This document shows, in pieces, positions 1 through 16,156 of a stretch of DNA of 64,000 nucleotides. The translations under genes were made by a program, and so were the position numbers. This DNA is from the human T2T-CHM13v2.0 reference genome, Homo sapiens, in NCBI RefSeq assembly GCF_009914755.1, contig NC_060935.1, one strand, 5' to 3'. Each line of letters opens with the position of its first letter. Positions within the stretch are counted from its first letter, which is position 1. The notes below the pieces were generated by a model. The model saw only the letters and a program-made list of their open reading frames with translations, made no database searches and was not told the origin of the DNA.

Positions 1-1739
1 AAAAAAAAAAAAAGAGTATATGTAGTTTGAAAACTTCGAAATAAAGAAGATGGGGGTTCACAGGAGGTGAGAGCTTATCCACGATAAAGCAGAGTGAAAG
101 GTAAAGACTATATGCAAAGTAAACATTTTCCAATTCCGGTCATGCATTATTATAGCATAACAAACAGAAATTGTGAAGTCACAGGGTGAAGATAATACAA
201 TAGTCTTTTAAAAAGAGTGCCAAAATTCTTGGGCTACAGCTGAAAAGTGATCTAGGTTACTCAGTCTTGCATCCTAGAAAGTATGCTTAAGGCTTGAGAT
301 TTAAGAAAGAAAGAGGACTCTTAAACAACAACTGAGACCAAAAAGCTGGAGAAATTCTTCATAAAAGACACTAAGCTTATCATGTTCCATTCCACATTTA
401 GCACTAGACCAGATACTTCAAAGAGAAGAGAAGAAAGTATCAGGATAGGATCAAGATCGTATCAGTTTGGAAGTAAGTTAAGGATTCTGAGGCTGTAAAT
501 CAGAAATCAGAAAACAAGGTCATTTATTCTGGAATGTGATGTGGTTGAGTTTTCTCAATGGGATTCAATGGAGATGGAAAAGGGCCCACCCAGTTATAAA
601 GCTAGACACTGACAGATTGAATGAGAAAATGGACAGAGGCTAAAACACCAAATCAAGGAAGATGGACAGCCTTTGGCAGGAGAAGAACGGGCCTCTAAAA
701 TGAATTTGGGGCATGGGTTGATTTTAAGTCTTTTGGCATCGAAAAAGAATGACAGCAGCACTCAATTTGATCTTGAGAATCAATGCCAATTCCTTATTAA
801 ACTGTCAATCTTTTTTAGTGTCATTCCTAAAGATCTTGATTGGATGAATGTACCAGTGAACCAGAATGTTACAAGTTTCAACAGTTCTCCTCGAAAAGTA
901 AACACCAGGCTCCACTCAGAGTTTCTGGCGTTTCTGGTGCCATTAGCACGACCATGATACTGATTAAGACATCAACAACACTGCAGATATTCCTAAGAAA
1001 CTACATTGAATTGTTTACCTCATGAAAAATTTGCAGAAAATGTCTAATTTTGAAAAATATTTTCAAAATAAAAAGCTGGTATTGGTTTTCATTGAGCCCC
1101 CAAACAACGGAGCTTCCTCAGGGCTGCATTTTTCTCTCCAGAAAATTGTGGGAACAGCCATCCTGGCAAGCTGGAAATTTATTAAGGCCATGATAAGATC
1201 AGTAACTTTGAATCACTTCTCCCCTAAAGGATAATTCCTGTGTCATCTGTCCACTTGAGCTCCTTTGGGACTGTGGAGAAGCCAGCAAAAGGATTCAAAT
1301 CTGACTCTTCCTTCAGGGACAAAATATAGGGAATTCCTTGATTTCACAGCTCCCAAGATTATGCAATGACCTAAGTCACTTGTCTACACCAAGCTTTAAG
1401 ATGTAGATGGATTCAGATAAGCCAGAAAGTAAAGCTCCTGTTTGTGCTCAACTGCAATTCCATCCTCAACCAACAGTCTATTCCAAGTCAAAGAATCCTG
1501 AATTCAACTACCCATCATCCTTATTGTAGGTCTAGGCAAAGAAAATATGTTTACATACAAGGTCTCCTCAGTCTATCCCAATGAGGGAGTAAGGCAGTAT
1601 TTTTTCAATAAGAATTGAACAGAGGGCCAAGCACAATAAAGACAATATGGCCATCAATGCAGCTAAGTAGATGTAGATGTATACATGTGTTTGCTCTCTG
1701 CCACACACTGTGCTAAGCACTTTATCTACTTCCTTTGAT

Positions 1740-1816
1740 CCGAGTGCCTAGCATAGAGCCTGGCACATAGAAGGTGCTCAATAAATATTTGTTGAATGAA
1801 TGAATGAATGAATGAA
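1740..1816 (+). mobile_element. L2 LINE 3' end with (TGAA)n tail, flanked by MIR fragments
   Basis: cctggcacatagaaggtgctcaataaatatttgttgaatgaatgaatgaa is the characteristic L2 terminus. Confidence 0.8.
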
Positions 1817-3111
1817 ATAAAGCTCTGTGGGCATCATCATGATCATGTATAATGAGGCTGAGAAAGGGTAACAGAGGTCCCCTAGCTAGTAAGGAGTAAG
1901 GCCAGAATTCAAACCCAGGCATAGCTGTGCGTTTATATAAGTTTACCCATACAAGTTCATGTCCTTAACCATCTACTTGCCTTTTAAAAATATTACTTGA
2001 ATGCCTGCTCTTTGTCAGACATTATGTCAGGGCCAAGAATAATGAACCCTCCCCTTCAGAAGTACACAATCTTGTATAGGAAACAGGGGCATTAACAAAT
2101 GCATTAGCAAATAATAGATGCAATCATTACAGTAGACACATGGTATAGAAGACACCCCTCTGTCCGATGAGATGGGGTCAGGAGACACCCTAGAAGGGAC
2201 TCATGGATTTGGGCCAGTGGAAGTCTGGGTATAGGGAAGTTCTGGAGGTCATTCAGCAAGGCAGGCTGAGCAAAGCCAGGCTGGAGGATGTCTTTCCTTA
2301 CCATCTGATCACTTTTAGGTTCCACCACCAGTTTGGGGTGGTCCTGCCAGATATATCTCAGAAATATTTGATTGAAAAACAACCCTGATAGCATCAGAGC
2401 CTGATCTTTGGAGGCTGTGCATGCAGCAAGCATGCACTGAGGGCAGCTGGTCTCACTAAGCTCTGCTGCTGTGACCACCTTGGCTCAACCCAGCCTGGAC
2501 TAGAAGTCCTCACCCAACCAAAGCCAGGTCGTACCGGGTAGATCAGACTTTGCTTAAGGACATTAACACAGAGTAACACGCACGGAGGCAAATCCAGACT
2601 GTGAGGCTCAGTGGTGTCTCATGCCTAAGATCTTTTCCCTATCTGCTTCCAGCCTGCCTCTGTAGCAGAAACCACATTCCCTATACCCACTCCAGAAGTG
2701 TCTTCAGCCATCTCTAGAACCCTCTTTGTCCAGATCCAAAGGGTTGAAGTCCAGGGACAGATGGGTGGGACTCCCCTCTCCAACCTACCAAGGCCTCCCT
2801 TCCAAGGCCCTCTTTCTTGTCTGAGGGCACCTATTTCCTGGACTTCAACTCTAGGAGTGTCACTCTGTACAGGGGAAACATTGTCTTTTATTCTCAAGGG
2901 TGTGGCCTTCCTTAGACTCACCACATCAGGATACAACATCTACAGAAAGGCCCCTCACACACAGCAGAGGCACAGGCTGTGGATACTTGCTGACTGGTGC
3001 TCTCAACGGCAGCTGTCAGTCATGATTCATACACTCAAAAAACAACATGGAAAACTGTCTCTGGGCCATTAGCATGCAAAGCAAATAATATGTGATCTCA
3101 ATTTTCTAGAG

Positions 3112-3378
3112 GAGCACTATCCAATAGAGCGTGAGTCATGTACGCAATGTTATATTTTCTACATTAGTAGCCACATTAATAAAAGTAAAAAAAATCAGGT
3201 GAAATTAATGTGAATAATATATTTTATTTAACCCAATATATCCACATATTTTCACTTCAATGTGTAAATGAAAATTTTACTCTTTTGTTTTGTACAAAGT
3301 CTTACATATCCCTGGTAGATTTTACACTTACAGCACATCACCACTGGTGGCTTCTGGCTACTGTATTGGACAGTACAG
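3112..3378. mobile_element. MER33-like hAT-Charlie DNA transposon
   Basis: Termini gagcactatccaatag ... ctgtattggacagtacag, with an 8-bp TSD (ttctagag/gtctagag). The interior resembles MER33. Confidence 0.75.
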
Positions 3379-3825
3379 GTCTAGAGGCTTCCAGTTAGTG
3401 GAGCTCGAAGATGCTCCCATTATCTCTAATTACCTCTCCATGTAAAGTGATATTCAGACCCCTCCCTTACCCAGGGGATGATGGCCCAGGACTTTTCCAG
3501 GCAGATTTCCTTAGGCTACCCTTTAACACACACAGATAAACTGCTTTATGCCAAGCAATGGAACAGACTCAAGAGAGTGGAACATTCATGAGCTTTGCAA
3601 GGCATCGCCAGCATCTCAGACTACCCGACCCTGAACACATCCCCATCCTTGGATTCCTGCTATAGCTGCTTTGTTTTAAAGGGTAAAAAGGGTCTGTTGA
3701 TGTTCCCACAGCTGAGCTACCCTACCCAAAGGCTTTCACAGTTGTTGTCTTTGGTTAAATTCTGTTCCATTACTGATGCCTGAGTGACTGATTTTAATGT
3801 ATTAGACACTTTGATATTAGTAGTT

Positions 3826-4373
3826 ATCAGTTAGGAACTCTTCAGTTGCAAGTGACAGAAAAACCAATTCAAATTCACTCAAACAATAGGCAGAGGGTGT
3901 GAGTGCTTTAGCAGTCCACATAACTAGAAGTCACCAACGATCTGATTTCATGCTCTTCCCACTCTGTGTTCCTCTGCATCAACACAATCTCTCAGCTTCA
4001 CACAGTGCTCTCCTGCAGCTCCAGAAAATCACCTTGAGATCTCAGAGTGTCTTCAAACATGGCAGGTCTCACACCCAGCAGAGGAGAAAGTGCCCCTTCT
4101 GCTACCTCTCCACAAATCCTAGTATTCACTCTTTGCCATCGGCCAGAACTGAGTCACATGTCCACCTCCGAACCAATCAGTGCAAGTGGTTGCTGGCTTT
4201 CCTAACTGGTTAGACCAATTGAGGCCCACCCCAGGAGTTGAAGAGGGGTTAATCCCACCCAACTGTATGGCTGAAAATGGAGAGGGAAGAATTCCCAAAG
4301 AAAAAAACTCAAGGTCCCTTAGTGTGAGAAGCTAAGAGTAGATATTGAAGAAGCCCCAACAAATGTCCACCAC
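3826..4373. mobile_element. Old MaLR LTR (MLT1K/L-like)
   Basis: tcagttaggaactcttcagttgcaagtgacagaaaaaccaa ... gagtcacatgtccacc ... aaatgtccaccaca are typical old MLT1 segments. Confidence 0.6.
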
Positions 4374-5579
4374 AATCAACATAATATGTCCAAACTTGTT
4401 ACTTTATCTTGCCTGATGTGTGAGTATTCAACGGGGGAATTGCTGAAATATCTAGTAACTTCAACTATGTCACATGGAATTAATTTCAATCCCTCCAGAG
4501 AACTGTCATAACTACTAGACTCCTTTGGCTAGAGAAAAATCTCCTTAGCACAACGCTTTTAAGAAAACAAACCTCCCAACTTGGGTGGGATATCCTCAGA
4601 CTGCTCCATTGAAAGCCTGAATATAATCCAGGGATGTTAAGACACAGATACCTCTTAAGAGTTAAAAATTACAGAAAGATTTTTGGAACAAAGTACAAGT
4701 ATTCTGTTAGTACCTTACAAAGCCATGTCAAATGTGAGGTTGGCAAATCTTCTAATAAGATCCAATAACATGATTTAAGGAAATTTGTGCTGTTAAATTT
4801 CTATGAAAGGGTTTTTAAATAAATTTTTTCTTAAGCTCTTTCTATGGACAAGACTGCACCATGTGTACCAGGGACTCCGAGGCTAAAAAAGCAAGGAATG
4901 CACTTTGAAAAAGAATCATTCTCAATACTACAGTATTCCCTGGTATCTTTCCGCTCCATAGGGCTTTAAAATACCACATTCATTTGAAAGATGGAATGTT
5001 CTTCCCAAGTTTATCATCTGTAGCAATTACTGTAATTAACAATCAGGACATCCATAAGGTCAGGGTCGGTTCTGCTCACCATTATGTACCCAAGTCCTAG
5101 AACACAGTAGGTGCTCTTTAAATATCTGATGCAATGAAAGGAAAATGAGATTGAATGCATTTTGTAGAAGCCTGCCTATTTCAACACAGCTCAGCCTGAA
5201 GACTCGTCCATGTGTTCCTCTATAAATCCCCTAGATGGTTGGGACTGAGGTGAGGGGTTGGTGGTGAGGGAGTGGTTGAGAATGAATGGGATGCTAAAAG
5301 ATGGCCTAAAAGCAACAATGCCCAGTGCGGAGGATTCAGAGATGGAGAAAATACACGAGCTCACTGATGCTCTGGCCAAGAGAGACATCTAAGTAGCAAG
5401 AGCACACGTGACCACACATAGCGAAAGGAAGTGTGAAGTGCTGTGGCACAGAGAGGAAGGGGCAATTAATTTTCCCCAGGGGAATCAGGGAGAAATATAA
5501 GAAATTATATTATATTAGATTGCAAGTTGTTTTACCAGAAGCTTCCACCGAGACAATATTTAAGACCTCCAGAGACCTA

Positions 5580-5939
<360 letters not shown>

Positions 5940-6039
5940 TCAAAGCCCAGCCAGACAACACTGTGTCCCAGGAAACAAGAAGTTTAGCAGAGAGGGACTG
6001 AAAGTTCTTGTTTTGAAAGGATGCAGTGGGTTATTTCCT

Positions 6040-7130
6040 GCCACGCTATTTTGTTTCTAGCAAAAATTTTAATAAACAGGCTTTCAGAAGAAGGGACTAC
6101 ATCCTCTCTGCTAGATAGATTTGTTTTTGCCACATGGGTTTCAGTGTTCCTAATGAACTGTTAACAAGCTGTCAATTACACGCACAAATTAGGAGAGATG
6201 ACATGGAGAGGTTTCTATCACAGAGTGTACTCCTAGGCTGCAAACTACAGACCCTTAGGGCCGAGGGCCTTGCCTTTGGACTTTCCAATGATCCCTTTGA
6301 CCCATATGGGAAAATCATTGCAATTAGGTCCTGGTTTTGGAGGGGAGGGAGGTTTGAAGACCTAAGTTAAAAGTAAATTTTTTTTTCTCTCACTCCAAGT
6401 GCTGAAAATTCTCTTGGTTTCTAGCAAATCAAACAGTTAATTCTCTGCTGCAACATGTAAACCTGTTTAACTTAAATGGGTGCTGACAGAAGACTTCATT
6501 CTGTGCGACTTTTATTGTCATTTCTTTTCCAGCCAATTGGCTCTGTAGCCTTTCTGCTGTTTATCAAGCCCCTCTTTGGGCTTCCGGGAATAAACTCCAC
6601 ACAAAGGAAGAAAACTGTGCAAGCAAATAACAAACTTTCAGTGTAATTATTCCTGCTCTCTGCCTGTCACTCCTTCCCAAGAGAATCTCCAGAAAGTCCC
6701 ACTTATTCGAGGAGCTCTCAATCTCCCTGGCCTGTTTGAAGTCAGGAATGTGATGCTAGGGGAATGGTTTAGAGCGCCGTCGGCAGTGCTGAGGAAAGCC
6801 AAGTAGGCTGGCACATTCTGGGTGGCGGCGTGCCGTTCTCTAGGACACAAAGGGACATGAAAGGTTTTCCGCAGACCCGAAAGAGAAAGGAAACAAAAAT
6901 CAGAAGTGCTCCCTTAGTGAGAATTGTTGGCAGGGCTCCTCTCACAGAAATCGGATAACAAAAAGACCAGTTACTGGTTAACTTTAAGAAAGAGCCAGCC
7001 ACGCCAGGGGAAGGGCGCACATTAATAGTGAATGAAATGACCGTGTGCACGGCTTTGTGGTCAAAGGATCCGTGGGAGATTCTGGAAAGGAGGCTGCCCA
7101 GAGGGGCTGTCCCTAAACACACGGGGCTGA
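6040..7130. promoter_or_regulatory. Candidate conserved non-coding element / enhancer
   Basis: Repeat-free block with TAAT/ATTA, TGACAG/CTGTCA and TGTTT/TAAAC motifs and some retained CpGs. Inference only. Confidence 0.35.
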
Positions 7131-7814
7131 TGGGCCACAGTTGTTCCCATTTCACTCCCATAACGTCAATCGTTTCCCCAGAAAGCCATGGGAGACTCTG
7201 TGGGCTGAGCCCTCAGATTTGCAGGGCTGATTCCTGGCCAGCTTAGGTACCCTGTGACTCAGTTTCCTACCTGCTGAAGAACTGGAATGAGGCTGACAAT
7301 CCCAAAATGAAAGGAGATGCCCAGTGGCAGGATCCCTGGTCCCAGATGCAGAGGCTAGGACTGGCTGGGAGGGCTGTGGCCGGCAATCAGGACGCTGGAG
7401 GCTCCGATGGTTTCTTCCCTTTCTGGGGCACTGCTGCCTCCTGCTGTCCTGCCTATTAAATCTCAGGTTTCTCCCTCCACCCGGCTAATCAATCACCACC
7501 ACCCTCTCCCTGGAGACTTTTCCTTGTGTCACCCAGGGTGCCATCACACATCAGGTCCCTCTTCAAGTCTGATCTTAGGTTCTCACTCTACTCTATCCTG
7601 CTGTAAGGGAGGAGTCCTGAATTTGGATTCTGAAGGCTCAGGCTCAAGTCCAAGCTCTGCCACTCACTGTGTAACAAGGAATATATTTCTTCATCTTGAT
7701 GAACTTTGCTTCCTCTTCTGAAAACAGAGATTGGGGAGGATGAAGTCTCTGTGAGGTCCAAGTGAGATCATGGGAAAACTCTGTAAACCAGAAGGCAGTC
7801 AACCAGAGGTTTAA

Positions 7815-8153
<339 letters not shown>

Positions 8154-8370
8154 TAAACCAGAGGTTTTAAATTTGCCTCTATCTCTCTCTTTTACTCTTT
8201 TAGCAGTGGAACCCTCTTTTCCAAATTAGATCTTAAGTGGAGCCCCAAAAAGGCAGAGCGTTCTGGTAGAAGCAGGGGCAGAGCCCCCAGCCCCTTGGCC
8301 ACACCCTCCAGGTTCTGGTCCCTACCCCATTGCTGGAAAACCACTGCCCTTGAGGAATATTCACTATTAA

Positions 8371-8797
<427 letters not shown>

Positions 8798-8799
8798 CC

Positions 8800-9193
<394 letters not shown>

Positions 9194-10206
9194 TGACTCC
9201 TATTTCATTTATCATATCACCCATTTTCTCCTTGTCTGATACTCATGGCTACTTATCTTTAAAAGTGGTATCTTATGTCCATTTCGTGACTCACCCCTAC
9301 ACACACTAACATGCATGCACACATACACACAATTAAGAGCTACCTAAAAGTATAAATTTCTTAAAACCATTCTACAAAAATGAAAAATGAGCTATAGATC
9401 CACTGGTAAGAATCCTTTTGAATCTCCCAACAATCTCTACCACCAGTCACATTGCCAAAAATGACCACAGACAATTGTCCCCATCTGACTAATGTCCTCA
9501 TCGTCAAGAATGGGATTTGCTGGCAGGTTTGGATCTGACATGAGTTGCAACACCCTGATCAGCTCGTGGGGCCTAGGCCCTGTTTTAATTCAGAGCTGGT
9601 ATTCCTGCAGGATTCCCCACTACCTTCCCCTTCACTCTGCCGGTTTCATTAGGCAATTCTTCCCGATCTAAACACTCACTGTATGGTAGGTTGCAAAGCC
9701 ACAGTCCCTACCCCCAGCCCCAGAGAGGCCCAGAGGGAAAGTCAGCAGGTACAATTATAGCTTTCACATGTCCTTCTGGAAAGAGGAGTTAAGTGTTATT
9801 TTATATATTTTTCTCAGCACCGTGTCAGTGATTTTCTCGGGAAGCACAAGGCTCCTGCTCCCCCCGCCCACATACAATGAAAATTTTATGGAAAAGTTAT
9901 CCAGAGGAAGGATGGCAACGTTTTGTTTTGTTTTTTCCTGAAAGCCATGTGGGCTATTTTCTACTGCATACTACTGTCAAGAGCGGAATCACAAATAAAT
10001 CTAAGAAGCAAGGAGAGGGGTATAAAATATAAACAAGGAAGGAAAGAAAGAAGGGAGTTAGCGAAATAAAGAGAGCTCCACATTTATTAAGAAAAAAAAG
10101 AATAAATTGGTTTTTTTTTACAAGCGACAGAAATTGGCCTACAAAGGGCCTTTCCTACTTGCATCCCCAAAACCAACCCGCCAAGCTATGGGCATTCATG
10201 GCTCTC

Positions 10207-10225
10207 TTGTGCCCTCTAGTGGGCA
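10207..10225 (-). promoter_or_regulatory. CTCF-binding motif
   Basis: The minus strand reads TGCCCACTAGAGGGCACAA, a close match to the CTCF core consensus (CCACCAGGGGGCGC), in non-repetitive sequence. Confidence 0.6.
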
Positions 10226-10249
10226 AAGGTGGTCCATGTTTTTTCCTTG

Positions 10250-10740
10250 AGTGACAGCCAGAGTCTCTCATGCACTTGTCGGCCTTCTTATTACATCATG
10301 AATTTTGATAAGCCCATTAGCCAGCCAGGCAGCCAGGAGGAGGATGTCTTTCTCACTTGATGACTACACAATGAGGAGTAATATATTTTAATTTAAACAC
10401 CATAAACCTATTGAGTGCTTAATTAACTTTAACCGTCTTTAGGGGAATGAAGCCAATTTGAGGGGGTCAAAAGGAGTTGTTTCAATATCAAACAGTTTTA
10501 CATAGTCAATCCATTCATTCGGCCTACAGCTACTGATTAACACACAAAATTAACATGTTAGTAAAAATTCATATTCAGGCCTCTGGGGAAATTAAGATGC
10601 GCATGCACAGGGCATGATTAGCACAGCTATTGTTTTCTCCCAACAATATAATTTAATGGGTTTTTAGAATTACAGAAAGAGAGACTCGGTGCTGGTTTGA
10701 ATTGATTATTTACCACAAAGCTTTGAAATATAGAAAAGAT
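10250..10740. promoter_or_regulatory. Candidate conserved non-coding element / enhancer next to the CTCF motif
   Basis: Repeat-free, with dense homeodomain-type sites (TTAATTAA, TGATTAA, AATTAAC), ACAAT Sox-type sites and TGCGCATGC. Confidence 0.4.
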
Positions 10741-11299
10741 AGAAAACATCTCAAGCCAAAAAGGCCAGCGAACAGAGGCGGATGGGCTCAGAGCGAGTGT
10801 ATCTCACTAAGGAGGTTGGCGGGATGAACTGATGGAGAGGCAGGCTGGGCATCCCAACTCGACATGAGCCAGGGCCAACGGGACCAAAGAGAGGATTTCT
10901 GGCTGCCTGGAAAAGCACAGTAAGGGCTGCCTGCCCAGGGAGGAGGAAATTATTTCATTTAATATGTAATCATATTATACATACAGTCTATTTCCCAGAA
11001 GTATCTAAGGCAGATTATGTTATTTAAACATACTAAAAATAATAAATTTTTAAAAGAATTTTTTTTTTTAAAAAAAAGATAGGGAGTCAATGAGAAAGAA
11101 CAAAGAGCAACTGAGTAAGGCAGTTACCACATTCGCAAAGCAAATTTAGTTCTGAGCTTCCTGGCAGCCAAGGAAAAAGTGCCAAGTACACTAGGATATA
11201 TGGTTCTCATTACCTGTTGCCTTCAAAGGGATGTATAAGTTTGACTGAATAGATGTGTTTCCTTCCTCATGCTAAATTTGAGAGCAACTGATTGTGTAG

Positions 11300-11668
<369 letters not shown>

Positions 11669-13443
11669 TAATGACAGCTTAGCAAAATATACAGAAATGT
11701 TCTTTAGAGCTTCTTTTGTCAGCACTCCATAACAGGCAAGCACAGAGGTTCAAGTTGAAACTCAATAAAGCCATTTCTGTAGGGAGGTAAAATAATACTG
11801 TCTAGATATATATTTTTTGATAATCCTTCTTCAATCTCTATGGTAATGGTAATTTTAGGACCCAGACAATCAGGAAGCAAAGAGGACTTGGTCTCAAGAT
11901 GGAATTCACAGGACTTGTACAAGAACCTCATAACTGGCCTGGTTGCCTTCAGTCTCTCCCTCTGTCCAAACCATCTATACATGGCCAAGAAGTGAATCCT
12001 CCTGTAACATTTACTTTAATTTCCCTGTATCTGCTCAAAGATCCTCCAATGCCTCCTCTCTCCCCACATGATCTATTTTCAGCCTCATCTCCCAACACCC
12101 CTGACACACCCTGCAGCCAACCATGAAGGTCTTTCCTCATGCCCTCCACATGCCTTGTTTAATCCCACCTCTGTTGCTCATGCCACCCCCCCATCCCACT
12201 CTGACCTACTTTTCCTCTGCTTTTCCACTTCTTCGAATCCTCCTTCCTCCTCCAAAATTTTCCCCTTCTTCTCAAAGACTAATTTTTCTATCTCAGCAAC
12301 CTTTTTGTTGCTCCTGAGAAATAGCTTTTAAATTGCCTACAAGGTCATGTTCCTCCTCCTTAACATAGTAACCCAGACCCTCCAGGCTGTGGAACTCCCC
12401 CTTTTCCCCAGATTCTCCACCGATGTTCAGCCCTCCATGCTCTGTCCTTTGCCCACCCGTCCGCCTTGCTGTCTAGCCTCTGCTTTCGACCTGGCAAACT
12501 CCTTCCTAAGACTCAGTGCGCCTTAGACTTCTGGGAAGCTGTGTGCTGCCAGAGTGAGGCTCCTTCTGCTCTCTGCTCCCAAAGGCCCCTGCACACACCT
12601 CTTCCCTAAGCAGCCACAGTTTCCTGTGAATGTTGAGGTCAGCTTCTCCTCTGCCAGCTCCTTGGTAACAGGTGGGATGTTTTAGTGGCTTTTTCTTTTC
12701 TTAAATCTCCTGCGGCTGCTGGTGCGTGGCACTTAATAGGACTCGGCAGATGCCACAGAACTACTTCATCGGCTGATCCTCCACCAGCAGCACACCCACC
12801 AGGCTCACAGCGCCTGCGTGCCAGGGTGCCTGGGCTCCACTTCTCTGCATGCCTTCATGTGCCTCCTCAGCTGCCTACTGTTGTAGGAAGAACCTTCACT
12901 TCTCTGTGTCTGTCCACCTGGCTACCCACTCTCCAATCCCTTATCTCTTCTCTTGATGGCTTTTATTCGCCAAAAAAGCCTGGCAAAGAGGTACAGGGAA
13001 ACCAGGTCCATGGGACTAGATACAGAAAAAGAGACTGATGGAGAGGACCCAGAGAACATAAGTGACATGGTCTCTTCCCTCAGAGATGCTTTGACTCTAA
13101 CAGCCTCCAGTTACTTGGAGCCAGAGAAGGCCCAAGGTCAAAAGGTGCTAAAGCCTGGTCCTTTAGCCAAACAAGCAAACCAGGTGACTCAGGTGACTCT
13201 ACCAGGCTCATGTCAAAGTGATGGAGACAGGGATCCAGTTGGCTCCAGCCCAGGAAATAGGGTTGGGACTCCCAAACAGAAGCGCCGAGGGTCTGGGAAC
13301 TGAGGCCATGTCAGGATCACTTTTGGGGCAGACTAGCAAGGCACAGGACATTTCACGGTGGCCTCACAGGCTGGGACCAGGCTGGACTATGTCATCAGCA
13401 AGTTGTTGCCCCCACAACTCTGGCCTGCCTCTCCTCCTCCTGA

Positions 13444-13777
<334 letters not shown>

Positions 13778-14189
13778 TGGTGTCCACTCTTTTTCCACAG
13801 GATTCAGTAGATGCAAACACTTCAAGCCAAATATGTTCATAAGAAAGTCTCTCTGCTACTGGCTGAGGGGAATGTGAGCAAAAGCTTCTCATAAGCACAC
13901 ACTGAATTCTGTCTTCGATCTGTCTGCTGGGTTCATTTTATTGAGAACATGACTTCCCCAAACAATCTGACAGACGTGGCCAATCCTATCCTGTCATGCC
14001 TTGGGGGTTTGTACTCTGATCCCTCCCTCCTCCTCTTTACTGCACTCCTTCATTACAGAATAAGTACGTGTACACTGTACTGCCTTTGGGTGGAACGTGT
14101 GGTTTGGGGCTGGAGCAGTTACAAAGCTACCAAAGATATCAGCTCTTCATCCTGGGTAGATGAACCCTCCACCCAAAGGGCAGTCCTCG

Positions 14190-14550
14190 ACAGTGCTGGG
14201 GAGAAACTGTCTGGGGGAAATTTGGCATATTAGCCAAAAGTCTTTAAAAATGTATGCATTCTTAGGACCCTCAATTTAGGAATTTATGCCAAATAAATAA
14301 GCGTGGATAGGTTCAGAGATTCAGCTGTATAGATAATCTTCCCAGGATTGTTTAGTGAAAAGCTGGAAACATGCTTAACCATAGATTGATTCCTTAATGA
14401 AATTATGGTACCTATTCAATGGAACACCAGCAGTCTAAAGTAGATTAATGTTTTGGACAGAGAGAAAAAGTGTTCATTCCACATTATTAAATCAAAGCAG
14501 CATAGAATAAAATAGTAACTACAGTGTAATCCCATTTTATTTAAAAATAA
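14190..14550 (+). mobile_element. Old L1M (L1ME-like) 3' fragment
   Basis: aatttggcata ... ctcaatttaggaatttat ... aattatggtacctattcaatggaa resembles an L1M 3' UTR. Confidence 0.5.
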
Positions 14551-14554
14551 ATTT

Positions 14555-14884
14555 ATGCATGAAAAATGACATTTCACTCAGTGACAGACTGCATGTATGA
14601 TAGTTATTCCATAGGATTATAATACTATATTTTTATGGTACCTCTTCTATGTTTAGATACACAAATGCTTACCATTGTGTTGCAATTGCCTACATTCAGC
14701 ACAGTAAGATGCTGTACAGGTTTGTAGCCTAGGAGCCATAGGCTATACCATGTTTCTTAGGTGTGTAGTAGCCTATTCCATCTAGATTTGAGTAAGTCCA
14801 CTCTATGGTGTTTGCACAATGATAAAATAACCCATCAACACATTTCTCAGAAGGTATCCCCATCCTCAAGCAATGCATGACTGT
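14555..14884. mobile_element. Tigger3/MER7-like TcMar DNA transposon
   Basis: tgctgtacaggtttgtagcctaggagc ... catttctcagaaggtatcccc ... aagcaatgcatgactgta matches a Tigger3 end, followed by TA. Confidence 0.75.
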
Positions 14885-15092
14885 ATATATATGTATGTGA
14901 ATGTACAGAGAAAGGTCTGGAAGGATAGCTACCATGATCTTCATAGCAGTTACTGTTATATAATGGAATCACGGTGCTTTTCAATTGCGATGTTTCTGCT
15001 AATCTGCAATTCTAAAATTTCTAATAATAAGAGTTGTGCTGCTTTTGTAAAAGGAAAAAGGCAACAGGAGTTATTTTCAATGATTTCTTTAA

Positions 15093-15516
<424 letters not shown>

Positions 15517-16156
15517 TGAGTTTCCTTTCTCAGCTAAGATGATTTGCCCCACATAATTGCCCTCTCCTCATCCCATACCCCAGTGGCCATCAGCTGCTCT
15601 GATAATCTTGACCCTTCCCCATCATTTTGAATGTCTGAGTACCCCCTTAGGGTTCAGTTTTTCCCAGGCAATCCAACTTGAAAACAGGGCACAGGCAAGG
15701 GGGCCTTTTGGAGACATTACCTAAAGGACCACCCACGGCATTTCTCTGTTTTAGAGACAGGGGAGCCCAGCAGTTAAGAAAGCAGAGTTGGGGTAGTGGA
15801 CTCAGCCAGTGGGTTCATCAAACAGGAGAGTCAAGGCAGTTGCTTAAATTAGAATAAGTAACAGGCTGAAATGAAGGCAGTTAAGATAATGAAGCCAAGA
15901 ATAGATCTCTAAGAGTTGAGATTCAAGACAGGAAATGCTGGGTATCCATCCTCACATTCCTTTGAAGCAAACCTTGGCATTTTTCTCCAGGCTGTAGAAA
16001 GTCTTTGAGATACCTAATGGGGCCAGACCAGAGATGGGGACAAAAAAAGTCACTTCACTGCAAAGAACACCACATTTTCCTGAGCAAGGTACATGTAAAA
16101 ATACAGGCTAGTGGTGTAGATTAAAATGCCTCAAAGAAGACAGCATGGGCGAGACT

